Shown here: piece after piece, positions 18,873 through 27,707 of the stretch
Numbering within the stretch: position 1 is the first letter of the stretch
Layout: each line of letters starts with the position of its first letter
From: a virus
Lineage: Duplodnaviria; Caudoviricetes
DNA: 64,000 nucleotides
IMG/VR virus record: IMGVR_UViG_3300028602_002388
Coordinates: 1,590 to 65,589 of that record
Strand: one strand, 5' to 3'
Translations under genes and position numbers: made by a program
Notes under the pieces: model-generated
Told to the model about the DNA's origin: nothing
The model's database searches: none
Seen by the model: the letters and a program-made list of their open reading frames with translations, nothing else

Positions 18873-19291
18873 CGAACCTGAATACGTCCAATTGCTAACT
18901 TTACATTAACTGCCTGATCGGCAATTGAGACTCATTACGTGTTAATGTATGTATCTGACCATTGCTAACTTTACATTAACTGCCTGATCGGCAATTGAGA
19001 CCTTTTTTCCTCTTTATATAATTTGTCATTGTCATTCACTAACTTTACATTAACTGCCTGATCGGCAATTGAGACTCAATCGGATAGCTCGGAAGATAGA
19101 TAGTTACTTTCGCTAACTTTACATTAACTGCCTGATCGGCAATTGAGACTAAACAAAGCTAAAGTCTCTAAAAGTCAGTTTGCTAACTTTACATTAACTG
19201 CCTGATCGGCAATTGAGACTATGTTTTTACTATTTGTTTAAACTCATCAAATGACTAACTTTACATTAACTGCCTGATTGGCAATTGAGAC
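18861..19291 (+). CRISPR. Orphan CRISPR array: 6 x 37-bp repeat CTAACTTTACATTAACTGCCTGATCGGCAATTGAGAC, 6 spacers of 33-37 bp, class 1 (type III-like)
   Basis: Repeats start at 18895, 18965, 19039, 19113, 19183 and 19255 (last has 1 mismatch). The TGCC/GGCA stem is followed by exactly 8 nt, ATTGAGAC. No cas genes in the window. Confidence 0.95.
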
Positions 19292-19308
19292 CCGACCCTA
19301 TTTCATTT

Positions 19309-19593
19309 CAAAGAACTTTTTCTCTAAAAAAAGGGAACGGGGTTTTATTTCCGTTCCCTTTACTCAACTAACATCTTAATTTAAAAACCCACATTGCAAA
19401 GGTAATAATATTATTTTTTAAAAAACAAGTTTTTAATGAATATTTTTTTAAATATTTTTTTAAACATATTGTTAATTTGTCTAAGTGTGTATGATTATCA
19501 ATAAGTTACATCATTATTTAGAATGGTTATAAAATATAAATTAAATGTTTAATAATGATTTTTTTAAGTTAAACATTCGTAAATTTTATGTTA
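19309..19593 (-). promoter_or_regulatory. Repeated promoter-terminator element, copy 1
   Basis: TACCTTTG (- strand 19397-19404) with an upstream TTG at Bacteroidota spacing; GGGAACGG/CCGTTCCC stem plus T7 about 65 nt downstream. Confidence 0.75.
19571..19593 (+). other. attI-like recombination site 3 (AAACATTCGTAAATTTTATG|TTA)
   Basis: 20/23 identical to sites 1 and 2; host-type cassette leader begins immediately after. Confidence 0.6.
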
Positions 19594-19818
19594 CCGCCAA
19601 GTGTAAAAAGACAGACGACAGCGGACAAATTGCTACTTAAAGACAGAAAAAGAAAAAACGATAAAATGAACAGCCAACGCACAAAACAGCACATTTGCAA
19701 ACCGCACAAGCTGACACACGACCGAAGTTTGCAAAAGAGCTGTTTTCTTGCCGACGCACCAGCGGATATTGATATATTTGCTGTTAATTGAAAATGAATT
19801 TTAAATAAGGACTAAATA

Positions 19819-21861
19819 ATGTTTGAACAGACTTTTAAAAACATAGATGACATTCTATACAAAGACGCAGGAGCGGACAGTGAATTGGATTATATCGAAC
19901 AAACTTCTTGGGTTTTATTTTTGCGTTATCTTGACGAATTGGAGAGAGAAAAAGCTGATGAAGAAGCTTTAAAAGGGAAAGATTACCAATTTATACTTGA
20001 CGAAGAATATCGTTGGCTAAATTGGGCAATGCCAAAAACAGCCGACGGAAAACTTGACCATCACAAAGCTATGACAGGCCCCGACCTAGTTAAGTTTGTC
20101 GATTTGAAACTATTCCCTTATTTGGCAGGATTTAAACAAAAAGCGGATAATCCCAAAACGATAGAATACAAGATTGGGGAGATTTTTAGTGAACTTAAAA
20201 ATAAAATTAAGAGTGGTTACAATCTTCGTGAGATTATCGAAATGACAGATGAACTGCCGAAAGGCAGTTCTAAAGATAAGCACGAACTTAGTCATTTATA
20301 TGAAACCAAACTTAAAAACATGGGGAATGCTGGTCGCAATGGTGGACAGTATTATACTCCTCGTCCATTAATTCGTGCTATGATTGAAGTTACACAACCT
20401 GTTATTGGAGAAAGAATATATGATGCAGCTTGTGGTAGTGCTGGTTTTTTATGTGAAGCCTATGGTTATTTGTTTAACAATATGGATAAAACCACAAATA
20501 ATCTAAAAATATTACAAGAGAACACGATGTATGGCAAAGAGAAAAAAAATCTTGCCTACATAATTGGAGTTATGAATATGATTTTGCACGGAATTGAAGC
20601 TCCAAATATTATTCATACAAATACACTTTCTGAAAATATTAGAGATATTCAGGAAAAAGACCGATTTGATGTAATACTAGCTAATCCACCTTTTGGTGGT
20701 AATGAACGTAAAGAAGTTCAACAAAATTTTGACATAAAAACAAGCGAAACAGCATCCTTGTTTTTGCAGCACTTTATTAAAAGTTTAAAAGCTGGTGGTA
20801 GAGCTGCTATTGTTATTAAGAATACATTTTTAAGTAATGCTGATAATGCTTCAATATCATTAAGAAAACATTTATTAGAGAGCTGCGATGTACATACAAT
20901 TCTTGATTTGCCTGTAGGTACATTTACGGGAGTTGGTCAAAAAACAATTGTATTGTTTTTCCAAAAAGGAATGCCGACTAAAAAAATATGGTACTATCAA
21001 TTAGAAATTGAAAGAAGTTTAGGAAAAAACAATCCTATCAACGATAACGATTTAAAAGATTTTCTTAATAAACAAAAAGGAAAGGAAGTTTCTTTAAATT
21101 CTTGGTTTGTAGATTTTGAACATATTAATAAAAAATCATACGATTTGTCGGTTAGCAATCCGAACAAGCAAATAGAAGTAATAAATATTTCTCCTAATGA
21201 ATTGATTTCTGAAATTAATAGAATAGATGCAGACTCAAAGAATCTTATTTCGGATGAAATTTTCAGAAGTACAATTGAATCACTTCTTTCTCATAATTCA
21301 AACAGTTGGGAAAAGACTACATTGTCAAAATGTTGCGATTTTTATAATGGGAAAGCACATGAAAAAGTTATAGATGATGATGGGGACTTTATTGTTGTAA
21401 ATTCTAAATTCATTTCATCTGAAGGAGAAATCTTTAAAAAGACGAGAGAACAATTATTCCCTTTGTATGTCGGTGATATTGTAATGGTGATGAGTGATGT
21501 ACCAAATGGGAAAGCACTCGCAAAGTGTTTCATTATTGATGAAGACGATTTATATACTTTAAACCAACGAATTTGTGCAATAAGAACGAATAAATTTGAT
21601 AAGCGTTTTTTATACTATCAGCTAAATAGACACAAACACTTACTTGCATTTAACAATGGAGAAAATCAAACAAATTTAAGAAAGGAAGACATATTAAATA
21701 CGCCTTTAGTTATTCCTCCAATGCAAGTACAAAAAGAAATCGTAGAAAAATTGGATAACATTTTTGATATAATTAATCAGGCAATTCAGAATCAACAGAG
21801 AATTTTAGACACTTTAGTACAAATGAAATTTAGCATTTTAAACAATACATTTACTGATTAG
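19819..21861 (+). CDS. hsdM: Type I R-M N6-adenine methyltransferase fused to a single specificity (TRD) domain
   Basis: GQYYTPRPLI, YDAACGSAGF and ILANPPF motifs; C-terminal HsdS-like WEKTTLSKCC...LVIPPMQVQKEIVEKLD. Confidence 0.9.
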   Translation: MFEQTFKNIDDILYKDAGADSELDYIEQTSWVLFLRYLDELEREKADEEALKGKDYQFILDEEYRWLNWAMPKTADGKLDHHKAMTGPDLVKFVDLKLFPYLAGFKQKADNPKTIEYKIGEIFSELKNKIKSGYNLREIIEMTDELPKGSSKDKHELSHLYETKLKNMGNAGRNGGQYYTPRPLIRAMIEVTQPVIGERIYDAACGSAGFLCEAYGYLFNNMDKTTNNLKILQENTMYGKEKKNLAYIIGVMNMILHGIEAPNIIHTNTLSENIRDIQEKDRFDVILANPPFGGNERKEVQQNFDIKTSETASLFLQHFIKSLKAGGRAAIVIKNTFLSNADNASISLRKHLLESCDVHTILDLPVGTFTGVGQKTIVLFFQKGMPTKKIWYYQLEIERSLGKNNPINDNDLKDFLNKQKGKEVSLNSWFVDFEHINKKSYDLSVSNPNKQIEVINISPNELISEINRIDADSKNLISDEIFRSTIESLLSHNSNSWEKTTLSKCCDFYNGKAHEKVIDDDGDFIVVNSKFISSEGEIFKKTREQLFPLYVGDIVMVMSDVPNGKALAKCFIIDEDDLYTLNQRICAIRTNKFDKRFLYYQLNRHKHLLAFNNGENQTNLRKEDILNTPLVIPPMQVQKEIVEKLDNIFDIINQAIQNQQRILDTLVQMKFSILNNTFTD

Positions 21862-21883
21862 CCTATTTGCAAAGCCTTATTTT

Positions 21884-22705
21884 ATGAACGAAACCGAAAC
21901 AAGAGCAGAATTAATCGACCCTGTTTTAAAAGCAGCAGGTTGGGGCGTTGTAGAAGGAAGTCGCATTCGCATGGAGTTTCCTATTAACAAAGGTCGATTA
22001 ATCGGGCATGGTCAGCGAAGCAAGCCCGACAAAGCAGATTATATATTGCAATACAAAAACAGGAATCTTGCAGTAATTGAAGCCAAGGCTAGAGATAAAT
22101 ACTATACAGAAGGAGTCGGACAAGCCAAAGATTACGCTGAAAGGTTACAAGTTCGTTTTACGTACAGTACAAACGGTTTACAAATTTATCGCATTGATAT
22201 GCAGGAAGGAATTGAAGGAGATGTAACTTCATATCCTACTCCTGATGAACTTTGGGCTTTGACCTTTGGCGACCAAGACAAATTGCAACCACTTTCAGCC
22301 GTTTGGCGTGATAAATTATTGTCCGTTCCATTCGAAGATAGAAGTGGAACATGGCAGCCACGATACTATCAAGAAAATGCAATAACTAAGGTTTTAGAAG
22401 CCATTTCAAATAATGAACCTCGTATTTTATTAACCCTTGCAACAGGAACAGGTAAAACAGCTATTGCTTTTCAAATTGCATGGAAACTGTTTCAGGCAAA
22501 ATGGAATATAAACAAAGACGGACTAAGAAGTCCAAGAATTTTGTTCTTAGCCGATAGAAATATATTAGCAGACCAAGCTTTTAATGCTTTTTCTGCATTT
22601 GAAGAAGATGCTTTGGTTCGTATCAATCCAAGCGACATAAAGAAAAAAGGGAAAGTGCCTAAAAACGGCAGTATCTTTTTTACCATTTTCCAAACATTTA
22701 ATTAA
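21884..22705 (+). pseudogene. hsdR: Type I restriction subunit, truncated after Walker A (273 aa)
   Basis: EcoEI-like N-terminus, ADY...AVIEAK, LATGTGKT; stops at TIFQTFN before the DEAD box. Confidence 0.85.
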
Positions 22706-22806
22706 TTTTCATGATTTTTCCCAACTCTTTTAAGACATTCTTTAATAATTACATTTTGCAGAAATAAGATTGTTCAATTTTTTCCGAGAGTGCAAAAAAA
22801 ATAAAA

Positions 22807-23574
22807 TCATGCTGCAAAATAGATGTTATTACATTTTCTTTCATACACTTTTTTATTAATGAGAACAAACCTATTTACGATTTCAGGATTCCCTTTCAAT
22901 AGAAACGAAAGGTCTTTTATTTCGCACAAGTATTCGTGCCTTCGTTCTATGATAAGGAGGCCTTTTTTTTCTAATTCCAGCATTCTTTGGCAGGTTGATG
23001 CTGGGGATTTATAACCTAAAATCTTCTGGAGCTTTCTTACGGAGATGGAGTATTTAGAGTTTTGGAGTAACGCTTTGCAGTATTTTGTCAGTCTCGCAGG
23101 CACTCTTCTTTTACCTTCTCTATACATCTGTTGTTGAAGACAAGGTTTGAGGTAGTACAAAATGCACAACCTCATGAGTTCCAACTTGTTTAGGCATCTA
23201 AAGGTTATTTTTTTAATACCTAAGTTAGGAGTGTATTTGGCATACAAAGTGTTTAAGGAAGTAATTCTGTAGGCTGTGTACGTTGGTTTGAGCCAACCGT
23301 TAGCCGTCATTTTATTTATTAGTCTTTGTAGTGTATCTTCTTTTATGCCTAATTCAACGGCAATAGCAGGTATTTCGGAACGTTTAAATGAACCCCCTGC
23401 ATTATCATTATTTATTTTTTTCTTAATTAGTTTACCGTTTTTTCCTTTAATAATTTTTTCTCCGGAATAAACATTTTTTCTAAATTTTATGTAGATAAAC
23501 TTATTAAATGTATCTAACAACCCCAAACTGTTTAGAGTTCCATAGAATATTACAGTTTTTTGGTTGTTAGTCAT
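22807..23574 (-). CDS. Putative DNA-binding/replication protein with HTH motifs
   Basis: SEIPAIAVELGIKEDTLQRLI and SVRKLQKILGYKSPAS HTH-like segments. Confidence 0.4.
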   Translation of the reverse strand: MTNNQKTVIFYGTLNSLGLLDTFNKFIYIKFRKNVYSGEKIIKGKNGKLIKKKINNDNAGGSFKRSEIPAIAVELGIKEDTLQRLINKMTANGWLKPTYTAYRITSLNTLYAKYTPNLGIKKITFRCLNKLELMRLCILYYLKPCLQQQMYREGKRRVPARLTKYCKALLQNSKYSISVRKLQKILGYKSPASTCQRMLELEKKGLLIIERRHEYLCEIKDLSFLLKGNPEIVNRFVLINKKVYERKCNNIYFAA

Positions 23575-23903
23575 TATTGAAGGTTCTTAATCATTTTTTT
23601 ATGCCATTCTTTATATTTTATTGGCATAACTATTTCTACGTCATTACCTGCTTCATAATAGAGGGAGGCCAGGCGTTTATCAAAGATTTGGCCATTAATA
23701 TAGCCAGGTTTGTCTTTAATAAGATAATACTTGCGCAAATGATTTCTTAACCGATAGAAAGTAAGTTGTTTAGATTCTATTGCTTCAGATAAATGTTTGA
23801 CATGTTCATGCCAAACTTCATCTTTATAAACAATATTACCTTTTCGGTCAAAAAATTGATAACCAATAAATTCAACAAAAAATTTTGCGTAGGTGCTAAA
23901 CAT
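23574..23903 (-). CDS. Hypothetical protein
   Basis: 109-aa ORF coupled to the next gene. Confidence 0.5.
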   Translation of the reverse strand: MFSTYAKFFVEFIGYQFFDRKGNIVYKDEVWHEHVKHLSEAIESKQLTFYRLRNHLRKYYLIKDKPGYINGQIFDKRLASLYYEAGNDVEIVMPIKYKEWHKKMIKNLQ

Positions 23904-24110
23904 ATGTGCTAAACATAAATTAATTCAAATGAAATTTTGTAAAAAAGGAGGAGGTATTTACCTCCTCCAATAAAACAACAAAAAAGAAACTGATTGTTAG
24001 CTTGTAATGGACAAACATGTAATTAAGGACAAACCAAATCAACAAAATTAAAAGAAAGCAGGAGGAGGCTAACAATCTTTATTTTAATTATTTTTTTAAC
24101 AATGAATAAT

Positions 24111-24406
24111 CAAAGAACTTTTTCTCTAAAAAAAAGGGAACGGGGTTTTATTTCCGTTCCCTTTACTCAACTAACATCTTAATTTAAAAACCCATGAAAA
24201 AAATCACGTTACAAAGATAATATTATTTTTAAAAAAACAAGTTTTTAATGAATATTTTTTTAAACATTTTTTTTAAACATATTGTTAATTTGTCTAAGTG
24301 TGTATGATTATCAATAAGTTACATCATTATTTAGAATGGTTATAAAATATAAATTAAATGTTTAATAATGATTTTTTTAAGTTAAACATTCGTAAATTTT
24401 ATGTTA
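24111..24406 (-). promoter_or_regulatory. Repeated promoter-terminator element, copy 2
   Basis: Nearly identical to copy 1; TATCTTTG at 24212-24219 (- strand). Confidence 0.75.
24384..24406 (+). other. attI-like recombination site 4
   Basis: Identical to site 3; followed by G|TTAGC, the start of the type III cassette. Confidence 0.6.
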
Positions 24407-24793
24407 GCTGCAAGCGTATTACGACACGACACAACAGAAAATGACCGTTAAACAGACAAGAAAAGAGTAAACCATTTTGACAGGTGACAAACAACATAAA
24501 GACCAAATTTCAACAGGACATTTGAGCCGACACTCAAACCGACCTAATGTTTTTTATTTTTTTCCCACCGCACATTTTTTAAAACCATTTTTGAAAGACA
24601 GCCAACGCACAGCAAGCACATTTGCATTTTTGCCAACCCGCAAGCCGACCCAAAAAATGCAAAAGAGCTTGCTCTTGCCTACGCACCCAAGCCCACCCAC
24701 CACCCTACCAGCGAACAAGTGGATTTCCAGAGAAAAACGGGCAGACAACGGTATTAAATTTTAACTTTGACAATTGGAAAATTGAAGTAATAA

Positions 24794-27703
24794 ATGACGA
24801 CAAAAACGGAAACAAAACAGTTTCAATATGAAATACAAAGCTATCAGGAGGACTGCGTTACAAACATTGTAAGTCTTTTTGAAAGTCTTCGCCAAAAAGT
24901 AAATTTTGGTGAGGTGCTGACAGCACACCACAAAAAGAATAAATACAATTTTCCAGTTCAAGACACTAAAAACATTGATATAATAATGGAAACGGGAACG
25001 GGAAAAACGTTCACGTTTATAAAAACCATTTTTGAACTGAGTAAGCATTTCGGATATAAAAAGTTTATCGTTCTTATTCCGACTGTTCCAATTCGTGAGG
25101 GAACAAAAACAAACTTAGAGGACACCAAAGATTACTTTAAAAGCTTTTACGCCAACGAGAAAGAAAAGGAAATTGAAACCTTTGTTTATGAAGGTGGAAA
25201 TATTTCAGCCGTTAGGCAATTTATCGGAACTTCTCATTTATCGGTTTTGGTAATGACTCCAAGCTCATTCAGCCACAAAGACAATATCTTAAACCGACCT
25301 TTAGAAAAAGACATTAACACACCTGAATTGTTCGTAAACAATCAGGAACCACCAAAATCATATTTGGAATGTTTGAAACGACTGAATCCAATTGTGATAA
25401 TGGACGAACCTCACCGTTTTGAGGGTAACGCTTTTAAAACCTACTTTGACGGTTTTGAAAATTACTTTTTGCGTTTCGGGGCAACATACCCAAAAAAGAA
25501 AGACAGTTTAGTTCTTTCTAATGTGGCTTATGTGTTGGACAGCATTTCTTCTTTCCGACAAAGTTTGGTTAAGAAAATTGTGGTTTACACGCAAGATGTT
25601 GTTGAAAACACCGACACACTCATAGGCATTGACAACAAAAAAGCCATTGTAAGCACACTGACCAACGGAATTATTGCAAGACGTGAATTAGGCGTTGGCT
25701 CGGTTTTCAATGGAAAGAGCATAAAGAAAATAAACAAGGACACGATTGTTTTAGCGGACGACACAATAGAAAAAGTTGATTATTCTTTGTCAGACGAATC
25801 ACTGCGGGCAATGATTAAAGAAACAATTAAAATTCATTTTGAAAAGGAAAAGGGATTGTTTGAGCAAGGCGTAAAAGCACTCACCTTGTTTTTTATGGAA
25901 AGCGACACCAGTTTATTTCGTGGCGACAATCCTAAAATCAAAAACATATTTGAAGAAGAATACAAAAAGCTATACAGCGAAATAGTTAGCAAACTCGACC
26001 AATCAAGCGAGTATTATAAATTCTTGCAAAACGACTTTGACAGCGATAACCATTTGCAAGTTCACAAAGGATATTTTTCAGGTGATAAAGGAAACGCAGA
26101 CGAAAAAGTAAAAGCAGGAGTTGACGAAATTCTGAAAGACAAAAAGAAACTACTTTCTTTTGAAAGTCCAACACGTTTCATTTTCTCCATTTGGGCATTA
26201 CAAGAAGGTTGGGACAACCCGAATGTATTTACCATTTGCAAACTATCCAACCAAGGAAGCGAAATATCTAAACTGCAACAAATTGGGCGAGGTTTACGCA
26301 TTTGCGTAAATCAAAACTTACAGCGTAACACGCTGAAAAATCTAAATGACGACCAGGAGGCATTTTGGAAAATCAATAATCTTGATGTTGTTGTTTCCAA
26401 TAAAGAACACGGTTTTGTTGAGGCAATTCAAAACGAAATTTTAAGCAACTCATTCCTGATTGCTGAAACCTTTACAGAGCAAGAACTCATTAAGACACTC
26501 AAAGAAAAATCGGGCTTTGATGATGACACAGTAGTTACTTTGGTGGATGATATTCTGAAAGAAAAGAAAATGATTGTTCGCAAGGCGATTGTTGACGGAC
26601 AAAAGATTTATGAAAAATCGCCTGAGTTTTCTGCAATTCTGAAAGAACAAAATCTGCCCGAAGAACAAGTGAAAGCCATTGAAAGCTTATTTGCGACTGA
26701 TACAAACACCTATGTTCAGAAAGCCGAGAAGAAAAAAGAGAAAAAGAAAGTTTTCATAAAATCAACGCACCTGCAAGAGTTTCAAAATTTGTGGAATACA
26801 ATCAACAAGAACGCCTTTTATGTTTTAGATTCTTTAAGCGAAGAACAGGAAAGCCAACTGATACAAAACATAAAAGCACAAATTGAAGCTGTAAACATTG
26901 AAGAAATTTTATTGCAAACCATTCGTGCAGAATTGAACGTAAACAAAATTGGCGAACAAGGAGCAATTACTGAAAAACTAACCGATACCGTTTCATACAA
27001 AAGCAAAGTTGATTATTTGGAATTGGTTCGCACTTTATCCAACAACACCAAAACGCCTATTTCCTTTGTGGTAAAAGTTTTCAATGCTTTGAGTAATGAT
27101 TTCAAAACCAAAATGCTTTGCAATAATCCTGAACAGGCACAAAGAGAAATTTCCGAAATAATCAACAAGAACTTAATTGCTATGCTAAAAGCAAACATTA
27201 AGTATGACGGAATTAACGGAACAGGTTTGCCAAATGTATTCAAAACTGAAAAAGGCAAAACTTATTTAGACACAGGAAGCGTTGGGAAATTCCAAAAGGA
27301 AATTGCAAACGACTTTTCTCTGAAAACTAAATGGGTATTTGAAGAAGTGATTGAATACGACAGTGATTTTGAATTGGAAATTGTGGAGCAAGACCCCGAC
27401 ATTGACAGTATTGAGATTTTCGGCAAACTTCCACGCCTTAAAATCAAAACTCCTTTAGGCGATTACAACCCTGATTTTTGCTATGCAATCAAAAGCACCG
27501 AAGGCAACAAAATATTACTTGTAGTAGAAGCCAAAGGCTATAAATCGTCAACGGCAATCCCAGTAGATGAAAAAGGGAAGATTGATTTTGCTAAAAAGTA
27601 TTTTGAAGCCTTATCAGAACACTACAAAGACCAAGACATAAAAATTTCATTTAAAGAACGTATCAATAAAACGCAATTGGCGGCATTGATAAACAACGCA
27701 TAA
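24794..27703 (+). CDS. res: Type III restriction endonuclease Res
   Basis: METGTGKT, DEPH, QEGWDNPN, QQIGRGLR and YNPDF...VEAKG; appears intact. Confidence 0.92.
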   Translation: MTTKTETKQFQYEIQSYQEDCVTNIVSLFESLRQKVNFGEVLTAHHKKNKYNFPVQDTKNIDIIMETGTGKTFTFIKTIFELSKHFGYKKFIVLIPTVPIREGTKTNLEDTKDYFKSFYANEKEKEIETFVYEGGNISAVRQFIGTSHLSVLVMTPSSFSHKDNILNRPLEKDINTPELFVNNQEPPKSYLECLKRLNPIVIMDEPHRFEGNAFKTYFDGFENYFLRFGATYPKKKDSLVLSNVAYVLDSISSFRQSLVKKIVVYTQDVVENTDTLIGIDNKKAIVSTLTNGIIARRELGVGSVFNGKSIKKINKDTIVLADDTIEKVDYSLSDESLRAMIKETIKIHFEKEKGLFEQGVKALTLFFMESDTSLFRGDNPKIKNIFEEEYKKLYSEIVSKLDQSSEYYKFLQNDFDSDNHLQVHKGYFSGDKGNADEKVKAGVDEILKDKKKLLSFESPTRFIFSIWALQEGWDNPNVFTICKLSNQGSEISKLQQIGRGLRICVNQNLQRNTLKNLNDDQEAFWKINNLDVVVSNKEHGFVEAIQNEILSNSFLIAETFTEQELIKTLKEKSGFDDDTVVTLVDDILKEKKMIVRKAIVDGQKIYEKSPEFSAILKEQNLPEEQVKAIESLFATDTNTYVQKAEKKKEKKKVFIKSTHLQEFQNLWNTINKNAFYVLDSLSEEQESQLIQNIKAQIEAVNIEEILLQTIRAELNVNKIGEQGAITEKLTDTVSYKSKVDYLELVRTLSNNTKTPISFVVKVFNALSNDFKTKMLCNNPEQAQREISEIINKNLIAMLKANIKYDGINGTGLPNVFKTEKGKTYLDTGSVGKFQKEIANDFSLKTKWVFEEVIEYDSDFELEIVEQDPDIDSIEIFGKLPRLKIKTPLGDYNPDFCYAIKSTEGNKILLVVEAKGYKSSTAIPVDEKGKIDFAKKYFEALSEHYKDQDIKISFKERINKTQLAALINNA

Positions 27704-27707
27704 GACA

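Larger units (their letters stand above)
19591..22705 (+). mobile_element. Captured host-type gene cassette (type I R-M), 3'-truncated
   Basis: Starts at G|TTACC; its leader shares gcacatttgcaaaccgcacaag...tttgcaaaagagc with the type III cassette flanks; no attC remains. Confidence 0.6.

Noticed and set aside
19292-19325. A seventh spacer after the last repeat
   Set aside because: No following repeat, and it runs into the promoter element after 17 nt. It remains relevant only as a possible chimera junction.
19571-19593. dif/XerCD site (contains TTATGTTA, like the XerD arm)
   Set aside because: Only 3 bp separate TAA and TTA instead of 6, copies 1 and 2 read CTATGTTA, and the crossover fits G|TT of cassettes better.
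19588-19791. ORFs in cassette leaders and attC regions (also 24477, 24554, 24622, 29542, 30116, 30280)
   Set aside because: They run through non-coding cassette leader or attC sequence and have no coding features.
17854-24400. cas genes or Cas12f/TnpB effector beside the array
   Set aside because: Neighbouring ORFs are small cassette genes or R-M genes; I saw no Cas1/2/4/6, RAMP, RuvC or HEPN motifs.
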